The notes under the pieces were generated by a model. The model was not told where the DNA came from and ran no database searches. It saw nothing but the letters and a program-made list of their open reading frames with translations. Shown piece by piece: positions 8,236-16,736 of a DNA stretch of 18,174 bases (within the stretch, counting starts at the first letter, position 1; each line of letters starts with the position of its first letter). Location: the NCBI GenBank assembly GCA_934541205.1, contig CAKTDK010000022.1:1-18174 (forward strand), written 5' to 3'. This DNA is from an uncultured Eubacteriales bacterium (GTDB lineage Bacteria > Bacillota > Clostridia > Oscillospirales > RGIG7773). A program made the position numbers and the translations under genes.

Positions 8236-8868
8236 ATGACTAATGAAACGGAAAAATGTAGCCGTATTAGAGATATTATCAATTCAGAAAATGAAGTAAA
8301 AAAAGTTGTTATTTTGTATAACCTTACGCAAGATGAGGCTTATACAGCAGAAGCTGCACTATTAAACATGATGAATTATCTCACGCCTGATGCTCTTACG
8401 AATCTAGTATCGGGTCATCACGCTGATTCTGCAATGACAGTGGAACAATTGGAAAGAATTTATGGCGCAGAAGAATTGTCTGAAAATAACATACATCATA
8501 ATCTTCTGGTAATAAAAATCAATTCATTATATAAATATAATATGAATGAAAAAAATGTAATGGATTGCGCTAGAGGTCATTGGATAATAAGTGAGCGAAC
8601 AGCGCAAAAAGCTGATTATTTAGTTGCGGTATATCATGGACTGATTGTAGGTATATATGAAAATATGGAATGGCACCCATCCGGAATAGAAACAGCCTTT
8701 TATCCGCGGCTAAGCAATAAAAGTTTATCCCTTAAAAACCGAAAGTATTGTACCTGTACCACCTTGGGAGAAGAAATTTCCGTATATAAGGCATATATGA
8801 ACAAAAGTATCGCTCATTTAGTTAATAATATTCAAAATCCAGTATCATATATTTGGGGGAGAAAATGA
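8236..8868 (+). CDS. GIY-YIG-type nuclease-domain protein with an uncharacterised ~130-aa C-terminal domain; 5' end is a truncated/frameshifted pseudogene (see finding at 8134-8868)
   Basis: The frame is open from 8134 with no start codon and encodes CIRFIDPRDNTVFYIGKGKNDRIFQH. The track ORF continues ...LTQDEAYTAEAALLNMMNYLTPDALTNLVSGHHAD. This shows the GIY-YIG YIG, R, H, E and N positions; family is from memory. Confidence 0.5.
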   Translation: MTNETEKCSRIRDIINSENEVKKVVILYNLTQDEAYTAEAALLNMMNYLTPDALTNLVSGHHADSAMTVEQLERIYGAEELSENNIHHNLLVIKINSLYKYNMNEKNVMDCARGHWIISERTAQKADYLVAVYHGLIVGIYENMEWHPSGIETAFYPRLSNKSLSLKNRKYCTCTTLGEEISVYKAYMNKSIAHLVNNIQNPVSYIWGRK

Positions 8869-8905
8869 TAGTTCTTTTTAGGTCATGCGAGAGGAGATGT
8901 TTTCT

Positions 8906-9145
8906 ATGACAAAAGTTGAATATGAACAACATGAAATTAAAATCTTGGAATTAACTCCAGAAGGTAAAAAATATCTTGAGTACAACGAGAAAGTTGGAGG
9001 AAAACCTTTCGGTTATTGTGTCGGTGGCCATAATATAGATGAGAAATTTGGCGGAATTATTGGCCTTTACGACTACTGTATTTCTCATAATATTACATGG
9101 GAAAAGTTGTTACACTACAAATATGATGCAAATATTATTATTTAA
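8906..9145 (+). CDS. Small hypothetical protein (80 aa)
   Basis: GAGGAG RBS at 8891-8896 nine nt before the ATG at 8906; the track start at 8885 lacks an RBS. No recognisable motifs. Confidence 0.4.
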   Translation: MTKVEYEQHEIKILELTPEGKKYLEYNEKVGGKPFGYCVGGHNIDEKFGGIIGLYDYCISHNITWEKLLHYKYDANIII

Positions 9146-9225
9146 AATACACAAAATATTCTAAGAAGAATTTGAAAAAAAGCAGCTTTTTGAAATCAAA
9201 AACACAAATATACCTCATAATAACG

Positions 9226-9273
9226 CAAAAAAGCTGATGAATCTGCAAAATAAAATTGCAGAAGTCATCAGCT
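9226..9273 (-). terminator. Rho-independent terminator for the convergent - strand hydrolase gene
   Basis: 17-bp imperfect inverted repeat agctgatgaATCTGCAA ... TTGCAGAAGtcatcagct. The run of six A at 9226-9231 is the minus-strand U-tract downstream of the stem. Confidence 0.5.
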
Positions 9274-9433
9274 TAATAAATGCGGTTTCAGTTTACTTTT
9301 TTATAAAACTGAGGGAGAACCTCATTCCCGTATAAAGATTATAACAAAAAGTTTTATACATATCAAGAAAAATCTTTAGATTAATTTAATCTTTAATATG
9401 TATTTTTGTATTGATATTAGTCTTTCATAAGTT

Positions 9434-10333
9434 TCAACTATTTATTATCCATTGACAAATATCATTAATAACAGCTATGTCAACGTGTCTTTCTTCAATG
9501 TATTCAGTTAAATCTGTTTTTCCGCTGCTTTCCATAAACAAATGGTTTAAGTTATTATATAATTTGAAAACAACGTTTTTATTATCTGATAAAATATCTT
9601 TCCACATTTTAAAATCTACATCAGCATAAGCCTGAAAATCTTTTTCTCCATGTAAAAACAACATTGGAATATTTAATTTCTTTACAATTTCAGCAGTATT
9701 TATTTTATTTAAGCTAAGCCAATAACTTGACGGAACTCCGAATAAATAAATAAGAGAATCATCCTTTTTTAAATTTTTTACCATATTTACAAACGGAACT
9801 ACTTCTTTATTAAGTATTTCTTGTTTTTCTTGTTCTGTTTTATCTTTTAAATTATTTAAAGACCTTTTGTTTTGGTCGAGTAAAATGTCCTCTAAATTTC
9901 TGGGCGAGCCGGCAAGAGAAATAATTCCGGATACATTAGAATTCATTTTAGAAATATACGGCGCTAACATTCCTCCAAGACTATGTCCCAATATATAAAC
10001 TGAGCTTTTATTAAACATATTGTTTTCTTTAACCCAGTCAATCGCAGAAAACACATCGTCTAAAACCTCATCTTCTATTGTAAAATTTACAGGAACTTTA
10101 TCAGGATACTGATAATATCTTTTGTTATATCTTAAAGATGAAATCCCATGTTCCGCAAGACCTAACGCAATATCTTTAAAAGGTTTACAGCTTTGTATTG
10201 TTTCATCATAATCGCTTTGTCCCGAGCCATGAACAAATATAACAACAGGTGTATTTTCACTATTTTCAGATAAAGTCAATATACCGTCAAGAGGATATTT
10301 TTTCCCTATTTTAACATTTATTTTATCTATCAT
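9434..10333 (-). CDS. Alpha/beta-hydrolase fold serine hydrolase (esterase/lipase-like)
   Basis: GHSLGG nucleophile elbow (GxSxG) at ILGHSLGGMLAPY, an HGSG oxyanion-type motif near the N-terminus (VIFVHGSGQSDYD), and an HG..D ending (FLHGEKD). Confidence 0.75.
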   Translation of the reverse strand: MIDKINVKIGKKYPLDGILTLSENSENTPVVIFVHGSGQSDYDETIQSCKPFKDIALGLAEHGISSLRYNKRYYQYPDKVPVNFTIEDEVLDDVFSAIDWVKENNMFNKSSVYILGHSLGGMLAPYISKMNSNVSGIISLAGSPRNLEDILLDQNKRSLNNLKDKTEQEKQEILNKEVVPFVNMVKNLKKDDSLIYLFGVPSSYWLSLNKINTAEIVKKLNIPMLFLHGEKDFQAYADVDFKMWKDILSDNKNVVFKLYNNLNHLFMESSGKTDLTEYIEERHVDIAVINDICQWIINS

Positions 10334-10482
10334 AACATTTTCCTATCTGTTTATAAAAAAATTACTCAATTTCATATTAATATCTTGTCATGTTTAGGAA
10401 CTTATGCTACAAATAATTTTTATACTTCGGCTTCAAAAAACAAAGTTTTAAAAAATTTTCTAAATAACTTAATGAGATTTCT

Positions 10483-10570
10483 CACTGTCGTTCGGAATGA
10501 CATGGTGAACATTCAAAATAATAGCACATTCTTGTCATTCAGAGGGAGCAAACGACCGAAGAATCTCTTT
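10483..10570. repeat. Second copy of the TGTCATTC hairpin element: inverted half, 30-nt loop, forward half, then CGAAGAATCTCTTTTTT
   Basis: ctGTCGTTcgGAATGACA (10485-10501) is the reverse complement of TGTCATTC...AACGAC in ttgTCATTCagagggagcaAACGACcgaagaatctc (10532-10566). 35/38 nt are identical to 4603-4641. Confidence 0.6.
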
Positions 10571-10607
10571 TTTATAAATAGCTTATAAAAGCTTTTTAAA
10601 GTCCTGT

Positions 10608-12008
10608 CTAATTCTCAAAAAATGCTTTTACAGCCTTATAAGCCATATAAACATCAAGCTTTGAAACAACTTCAAAAGCGGCGTGCATTCCAAGAACAGG
10701 AACTCCCAAATCAATAACATCCATACAAAGCTCCGCAACATACATAGCTACGGTTCCGCCGCCACCCTGGTCAACCTTGCCAAGTTCACCTGTCTGCCAC
10801 ATTACGCCGGCGTCGTCAAAAACTTTTCTCACATAACCTACAAACTCTGCGCTTGCGTCGGATGTGGAAGATTTTCCTCTGCTTCCCGTATATTTTGTAG
10901 CTACTACTCCGTAGTTTATTCTTGAAGAATTTCTTATTTCAGTAACTTCAGGATAATTCGGGTCATGAGCAACATTTACATCTGCGGACAAGCATTTGCA
11001 GTTTCTTATAACGTCTTTTAATTTTTCTCCGAAAGCTTCCGCGATATCTTCAATAACATATTTTAAAAATTCGGATTTCATACCGGTAGCGCCGTTTGAA
11101 CCTATTTCTTCTTTATCAACTATAACAGCCATAATAGTATGTTTTGGTCTTTCAACGTCGAAACAAGCGGTAATAGAAGGATATGCGCATACTCTATCAT
11201 CATGGCCGTAAGAACCTATAAGACTTCTGTCAAGCCCTATATCTCTCGCCTTATGTGACGGAACAAGCTCAAATTCAGCAGATACAAAATCTTCTTCCAA
11301 TATACCGTATTTTTCAAAAAGTATATTTAAAACATTAAGCTTTACTCTCTGAGAAACTTTGTCGTCTTTAAAGGTTTTTGAACCTACTATAACGTTCATA
11401 GCCTCGGCATTTACAGCCTCCGACATAGTTTTTGACATCTGGTCTTTTGCAAGATGAGGCAAAAGGTCCGGAATACAAAATACAGGGTCGTTTTCATTAT
11501 CTCCTATTGAAACATCAACGCTTGAACCGTCTTTCAAAATCACGGTTCCGTATAATGACAAAGGAAGAGACAACCAATGATATTTTTTTATTCCGCCGTA
11601 ATAATGAGTTTTTAAATATCCTATTTCATCAGCTTCAAATACAGGATTTTGTTTTAAATCCAGTCTCGGAGAATCAATATGAGCCGCCGCAATATGAATA
11701 CCTTCCGTTACAGGCAATTCCCCTATTGTAACAAAAGCGACAGTTTTTCCTCTATTATTAAAATATATTTTATCTCCTGCTTTTAGTTTCATTCCTTTTT
11801 CAAAAGGTTTAAAACCATATCTTTCACCCAAAGCGATTGATGTTTTTACACATACTCTTTCTGTTTTGGAATTGTCAAGATAATTTTTATATCCTTCGCA
11901 GTAATTATAAGCGGCCTCTATTTCACTTTCCGGCAAATAATCAAAGCCGTTTTTCTTATTATTAAATAATTTTTCCTGAAGAATTTCTCCTCTTGTCTTT
12001 TCTGACAT
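10608..12008 (-). CDS. M18-family aminopeptidase (aspartyl/aminopeptidase I-like)
   Basis: 466 aa with HIDSPRLDLK and GHDDRVC-type metal-binding motifs, characteristic of M18 aminopeptidases. Confidence 0.8.
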   Translation of the reverse strand: MSEKTRGEILQEKLFNNKKNGFDYLPESEIEAAYNYCEGYKNYLDNSKTERVCVKTSIALGERYGFKPFEKGMKLKAGDKIYFNNRGKTVAFVTIGELPVTEGIHIAAAHIDSPRLDLKQNPVFEADEIGYLKTHYYGGIKKYHWLSLPLSLYGTVILKDGSSVDVSIGDNENDPVFCIPDLLPHLAKDQMSKTMSEAVNAEAMNVIVGSKTFKDDKVSQRVKLNVLNILFEKYGILEEDFVSAEFELVPSHKARDIGLDRSLIGSYGHDDRVCAYPSITACFDVERPKHTIMAVIVDKEEIGSNGATGMKSEFLKYVIEDIAEAFGEKLKDVIRNCKCLSADVNVAHDPNYPEVTEIRNSSRINYGVVATKYTGSRGKSSTSDASAEFVGYVRKVFDDAGVMWQTGELGKVDQGGGGTVAMYVAELCMDVIDLGVPVLGMHAAFEVVSKLDVYMAYKAVKAFFEN

Positions 12009-12058
12009 AATATCACCTCATATATTAATTTATGAAATATATCGCCTTTTAACAAATT

Positions 12059-12658
12059 TTATTCATCAAAAGAATATATTTCTTTATATTTATTTTTATT
12101 ATCCGTTACTTTTTTTACATAATATCTGGTTTCATCGTAAGGAATATAATAAAGGGTTTTTCCGTCTTTTGAATATCTATCATCTTTTAACCATTTATTA
12201 ACTGCACCGCGGCCTGCGTTATAAGCGGCAATGGCAGTTTCTTCAACTTCAAACTCATCAAGAAAAAGTCTGAAAATATAACAGCCGTATTTTATATTTA
12301 TATCCGGATCATAAATATGCTCCAGAGTATACTCCTTGTTTTTATCTTTAAAAAGCGCCCAGTCAAACGTATCGGGAGTTATCTGCATAAGTCCCAGAGC
12401 CCCTGCGGAGGATACAGCTTTTTCATCAAAATTACTCTCAGTTTTTATAATTCCGTATACAAGACTTTTTTCAAGATTATACTCTTTGCTGTACTTTTCA
12501 ACATATCTGCTGTATTTTAAAGGATATAGACCTTCAAGAATATTTTTTTTATAAACAAGCTTATATGCCGCATAAAAAATACATCCCAAAACTATAATCA
12601 CAAGACATATAATAACATTTATTTTAAAAATATTTTTTTGCTTTTTAGCTTTCTTCAT
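12059..12658 (-). CDS. Membrane-anchored lytic transglycosylase (SLT domain)
   Basis: N-terminal TM helix. SLT catalytic motif block TESNFDEKAVSSAGALGLMQITPDTFDW, ending in AYNAG. Confidence 0.8.
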   Translation of the reverse strand: MKKAKKQKNIFKINVIICLVIIVLGCIFYAAYKLVYKKNILEGLYPLKYSRYVEKYSKEYNLEKSLVYGIIKTESNFDEKAVSSAGALGLMQITPDTFDWALFKDKNKEYTLEHIYDPDINIKYGCYIFRLFLDEFEVEETAIAAYNAGRGAVNKWLKDDRYSKDGKTLYYIPYDETRYYVKKVTDNKNKYKEIYSFDE

Positions 12659-13259
12659 TCATATCTCCCCGTAGTTTTATGAGGATTCCCATAACTTTTA
12701 CATATAAATTATTCATATCGTCATCATTATTATAAATAACATAATCGGCATTTTTTATGTAATAATCATCATCGAGCTGGTTATTAAGTCTTTTTAACGC
12801 CATTTCGGCGCTTATATTATCTCTTTCAACAAGCCTTTTAATTTTTATCTGCTTGTCAGCCACAACAGCTATGGTTTTATCGCATATTTTTTCAAGCTTT
12901 GCCTCATATAAAAGCGGCGCGTCAATAAGTACGTTTATGTTTTCCTTTTGACAATCAGCTATAATTTCTTCAATTTGTTTTATTATATATTTATGAGTTA
13001 TTTCATTAAGCTTTGATAATTTTGCTTTATTATTAAAAACTATTCCCGCAACTTTTTTTCTGTCATAAACATTGTTATGAAAAATATCCTCGCCGAAAAA
13101 TCTGCAAAGCTCTTCCTGACAGGAAGGAATTCTAACAACATCGTGAGCAATTTTATCACAATCAATAATTTTATATCCTTCTTTTTCAAAAAGCTTTGAA
13201 CAAAGAGATTTTCCGCTTCCGCTGGAGCCTGTAATCCCCGCAACTATCATAATTTTCAC
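12645..13259 (-). CDS. coaE: Dephospho-CoA kinase
   Basis: P-loop VAGITGSSGSGKS at the N-terminus. Length and layout match CoaE. Overlaps the downstream SLT gene by 14 nt. Confidence 0.85.
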   Translation of the reverse strand: MKIMIVAGITGSSGSGKSLCSKLFEKEGYKIIDCDKIAHDVVRIPSCQEELCRFFGEDIFHNNVYDRKKVAGIVFNNKAKLSKLNEITHKYIIKQIEEIIADCQKENINVLIDAPLLYEAKLEKICDKTIAVVADKQIKIKRLVERDNISAEMALKRLNNQLDDDYYIKNADYVIYNNDDDMNNLYVKVMGILIKLRGDMNEES

Positions 13260-13274
13260 ATCCCATAATAAATT

Positions 13275-14291
13275 CTATACCCTTATAACCTTAAAACCCG
13301 CCGCGCGCAACATCCTGTTTAAAACCGCAAGTCCTACTCCTTTATTCGAAGGATAAACAGAATATATATTTTCGACTCCCATTTTATCAAAACTTCGCAA
13401 AGCCCCGAATATTTCTTTTGCCTGATGAGATAAATCGTTTTTTTTGCCTATCTCAATAACATTTCTGCCATGAAGTCCAATATAATCATCGTAACATATT
13501 ATACCTGTTCTTTCAATATTCTTTTTCTCTTTTAAAAACTTTATAACATTAAGTTCATTTCCCGTAACAAGATATAAATTTGCCGATGGCGCATAATGCT
13601 TATATTTCATTCCGGGAGACATAGGTCTTTCATTATTTTCATCGAGTTTATGAAGTATGCTTTCGGAAATTTTTATTCTGCCTATTTCATTTTCAATTTC
13701 TTCAATAGTTACGCCCCCGGGACGAAGAAGTATAAATTCATCATCTACAGCAGACAATACCGTCGATTCAACTCCTATGCTGCAATCTCCCCCGTCTACA
13801 ATAGCCGATATCTTTCCGTTCATATCATCAATAACATGAAAAAAAGAAGTGGGACTCGGTTTTCCCGAAATATTTGCAGAAGGTGCCGCCAAAGGAAATC
13901 CGCATTTCGAAATTATTTTTTTCGCAATTTCATTTTCAGGCATTCTGACAGCAACAGTATCAAGGCCTCCGCTTGTCCTATTTGGAATTATATCTTTTTT
14001 CTTAAATATAAGAGTAAGCGGTCCGGGCCAAAACTTGTCCATTAATTTTTTTGCCTTATCGGAAACTTCCTTAACATATAAATACACATCGTCTTTTTTG
14101 CTTATATGTATAATAAGTGGATTATCCGAAGGTCTTCCCTTAGCTTCATATATTTTTTCAACGGCAGACTCATTTAAGGCATTGGCAGCAAGTCCGTATA
14201 CCGTTTCCGTAGGAATGGCCACTATTTCTCCCTCTTTTAAAAGTTCTGCCGCTTTATCAAGCGTTTTTTCATTTAAAAAAATTGTTTCCAT
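13275..14291 (-). CDS. tsaC: L-threonylcarbamoyladenylate synthase, Sua5-type (YrdC domain plus Sua5 C-terminal domain)
   Basis: YrdC-family motifs AIPTETVYGLAANA and KGRPSDNPLIIHI; 338 aa. Confidence 0.85.
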   Translation of the reverse strand: METIFLNEKTLDKAAELLKEGEIVAIPTETVYGLAANALNESAVEKIYEAKGRPSDNPLIIHISKKDDVYLYVKEVSDKAKKLMDKFWPGPLTLIFKKKDIIPNRTSGGLDTVAVRMPENEIAKKIISKCGFPLAAPSANISGKPSPTSFFHVIDDMNGKISAIVDGGDCSIGVESTVLSAVDDEFILLRPGGVTIEEIENEIGRIKISESILHKLDENNERPMSPGMKYKHYAPSANLYLVTGNELNVIKFLKEKKNIERTGIICYDDYIGLHGRNVIEIGKKNDLSHQAKEIFGALRSFDKMGVENIYSVYPSNKGVGLAVLNRMLRAAGFKVIRV

Positions 14292-14304
14292 TAAAATTCC
14301 TCTT

Positions 14305-15042
14305 TTAACTTCCCATAGATATAAACAAACCGCATAAAAATCCGGTTATATTAAAAAATACCGGTGCTAATCCGCTGTAAATTCTTTTTGACTGAGGTAT
14401 TATCTCTCCAAACACCACGTAAAGCATAGATCCTGCCGCGCTTAAAAGACAAACTCCAATCATTTCTTTGGACAAACCCGAAAAATAACATCCAAAAAAA
14501 GCTCCTATTCCGGTAGGAATTCCTGCTATTACAGTCATTAGAATACTTTTTATACTGCCTGTTCCGCCGGCTTTTGAAGTAATGCTCATAGCCATTCCTT
14601 CAGGAACATCATGTATAAGTATCACCAAAAGAATGCTTATTCCAAGCTTAAAAGACGCCTGAAAACCCGAACCTATCGCAAGCCCCTCTGGAAAATTATG
14701 CACTGCGATTGCAAAAAATATCAAAAGTCCGGTACTTTTCATAGAATTTTTATTTTTGCCTTTTCTCTCAGTAAGTATCTGAAGAAAATAGGTAAGAATA
14801 ACGCCGAATACAATAGATAAAAATCCGGTTTTTAAATTAATTTTATCAAAACCTTCGGGTATAAGCTCAAAACACACTACTCCCGTCATAAGTCCAGCGG
14901 AAAATTCCATTACAAAAGCTACAAGCTTTTTGCTTTTTGAATTTATTAAAGAGCCGAAAACACCGCCCAAAGCAGTTCCTCCGATACCGGACAAACTTCC
15001 CATTAATAACGCCCTTATACAATCATTCATTTTTTTCTCCAA
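14305..15042 (-). CDS. zupT: ZIP-family divalent metal transporter (ZupT-like)
   Basis: Eight predicted TM segments. Signature HNFPEGLAIG and HDVPEGMAMS metal-binding motifs. Confidence 0.8.
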   Translation of the reverse strand: MEKKMNDCIRALLMGSLSGIGGTALGGVFGSLINSKSKKLVAFVMEFSAGLMTGVVCFELIPEGFDKINLKTGFLSIVFGVILTYFLQILTERKGKNKNSMKSTGLLIFFAIAVHNFPEGLAIGSGFQASFKLGISILLVILIHDVPEGMAMSITSKAGGTGSIKSILMTVIAGIPTGIGAFFGCYFSGLSKEMIGVCLLSAAGSMLYVVFGEIIPQSKRIYSGLAPVFFNITGFLCGLFISMGS

Positions 15043-15117
15043 ACATGCTTTTTATAAATACTATTAAAAAATTTTAAAAATTATTATAAAAACATATCTG
15101 AAGACAATAAAAAATGA

Positions 15118-16191
15118 TTATCCGTCGTACCCTGCTTTAAGCTTTTCAGCAGTATCCGCCGCCGCTAAAACATCAATTATTTCATCTATATCTCCGTTTA
15201 AAATCTCCTCAAGACGATAAAGCGTTAAAGAAACCCTGTGATCCGTAACTCTTCCCTGGGGATAATTGTAAGTACGGATTCGTTCCGATCTGTCGCCTGT
15301 TCCCACCTGACTTTTTCTTTCATTTGCAACTTTTGCGTGCTGTTCCTGTTTCTTTATATCATAAAGCCTTGAACGAAGCACCTTTAAAGCCTTTTCCTTA
15401 TTTTTGTGCTGACTTCTTTCATCCTGACATTCAACCACCATTCCGCTTGGAATATGAACAACTCTAATCGCAGAAGAAGTCTTATTTACATGCTGTCCTC
15501 CTGCGCCGCTTGAACGGAATGTAGAAATTTCAAGATCTGCCGGATTTATATCTATTTCAACATCTTCCGCAGCGGGAAGTACAGCCACCGTTACTGTAGA
15601 AGTATGAATTCTTCCGGAAGATTCGGTATCCGGAACTCTTTGAACACGGTGTACGCCGCTTTCATATTTAAGGCGGCTGTAAACCCCTTCACCTTCTATC
15701 ATAAAGGAGATTTCTTTTATTCCTCCGATTCCGGTTTCATTTATATTCATAACTTCAATTTTAAATCTTTTTGCTTCCGCATACATCGAATACATTCTGA
15801 AAAGAGCAGCGGCAAAAAGCGCTGCTTCTTCACCGCCAGCGCCTGCCCGTATTTCAACTATAACGCTTTTTTCATCATCTTCATCTTTTGGCAAAAGCAG
15901 TATTTTAAGCTCGTTTTCGCATTGAACTATCTTTTCCTTGGCCTCATAAAATTCCTGCTCAAGCATATCACGCATTTCCTTGTCTGTTTCGCTTTCAAGC
16001 ATTTCCTGCGCTTCTTTCTGCGTGTTTTCCGCATCGAGATATTCTCTGTACTTTTCAACTATTGGAGTCAGATTTTTCTGCTCCTTCATAAGATTTTTAA
16101 AAGCGTTAGGATCTGTAACTATTTCAGGGTCTGAAAGCTTTTCATTGATTTCATCATACTTCTTATTAATATCTTTTAATTTGTCTAACAT
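15118..16191 (-). CDS. prfA: Peptide chain release factor 1
   Basis: GGQ motif ([14 protein letters not shown]), RIHTS and [12 protein letters not shown] blocks nearly identical to E. coli RF1; 357 aa. The tripeptide-anticodon position reads P-D-T. Confidence 0.95.
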   Translation of the reverse strand: MLDKLKDINKKYDEINEKLSDPEIVTDPNAFKNLMKEQKNLTPIVEKYREYLDAENTQKEAQEMLESETDKEMRDMLEQEFYEAKEKIVQCENELKILLLPKDEDDEKSVIVEIRAGAGGEEAALFAAALFRMYSMYAEAKRFKIEVMNINETGIGGIKEISFMIEGEGVYSRLKYESGVHRVQRVPDTESSGRIHTSTVTVAVLPAAEDVEIDINPADLEISTFRSSGAGGQHVNKTSSAIRVVHIPSGMVVECQDERSQHKNKEKALKVLRSRLYDIKKQEQHAKVANERKSQVGTGDRSERIRTYNYPQGRVTDHRVSLTLYRLEEILNGDIDEIIDVLAAADTAEKLKAGYDG

Positions 16192-16202
16192 AAAACCCTA
16201 CC

Positions 16203-16391
16203 TTATATATCATTTTTTTCAATAAATTTTTTTACCGATTTTTCAAATTTAGTTCTTGGAAGCATAATTTCATGTCCGCATTTCATACAGCGTATTTTTA
16301 TATCCATTCCTATGCGAAAAACTTTAAAAATATCATTTTTACAAGGATGAGATTTTTTCATCTGAACTATATCTCCCACATTTATTTCCAT
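16203..16391 (-). CDS. DUF951-family small protein
   Basis: 62 aa, VGDIVQMKKSHPC...IGMDIKIRCMKCGHEIMLPRTKFEKSVKK, typical DUF951 with a CxxC-like pair. AAGGAAG RBS. Its stop is 11 nt upstream of the prfA ATG, so it is likely co-transcribed. Confidence 0.6.
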   Translation of the reverse strand: MEINVGDIVQMKKSHPCKNDIFKVFRIGMDIKIRCMKCGHEIMLPRTKFEKSVKKFIEKNDI

Positions 16392-16441
16392 AACTATCTT
16401 CCTTTTTATAAATTATGCATATTTAATCATAACATATATGA

Positions 16442-16615
16442 TTTTCCGCTCTCTTTTTTCAATGTTCTCTAAGACGTCCAAAGCTTCGCTTTGGAATATG
16501 GCGTGAGGTTATTAAAACATTTATTGGAAATTGATAAAGACAATTTCCTACCCTTCGTTTCAATGTTCTCTCAGCTGTCCGAAGCTTTGCTTCGGAATAC
16601 AGCGTGAGGTTATTA
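16442..16615. repeat. Two tandem ~75-bp direct repeats (period about 101 bp), each with a perfect 8-bp stem and 3-nt loop
   Basis: Copy A 16442-16513 and copy B 16542-16615 are about 85% identical. Stems: tccaaagc-ttc-gctttgga (A) versus tccgaagc-ttt-gcttcgga (B). Confidence 0.6.
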
Positions 16616-16736
16616 TAGCACAAAATGAATTAAAGTACAATTAATACGTTTATTGTCCAAAACTGTATTTATTTTCAATTAATATATACTCAAAATTTTG
16701 TAAAACTAAATCCATAAGCTATGAGGAGTATATAAA

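Noticed and set aside
10385-10588. 67-aa ORF spanning the second repeat copy
   Set aside because: Same reason: it overlaps the hairpin repeat, has no RBS, and lies in the promoter region of the - strand hydrolase.
10683-12554. Assorted 67-99-aa + strand ORFs inside the M18 peptidase and SLT genes
   Set aside because: They are embedded antisense in supported - strand genes, with no RBS.
13596-14337. + strand ORFs (149, 60 and 162 aa) antisense to tsaC
   Set aside because: They lie wholly inside a well-supported - strand gene and have low-complexity, Phe/Ile/Ser-rich translations typical of antisense frames in AT-rich DNA.
15118-16191. Possibility that this is RF2 with a programmed +1 frameshift
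   Set aside because: The sequence is clearly RF1-type ([17 protein letters not shown] block, no SPF motif) and is a single uninterrupted 357-codon frame.
15604-16225. + strand ORFs antisense to prfA
   Set aside because: Antisense to a highly conserved RF1 gene with low-complexity translations. Spurious.
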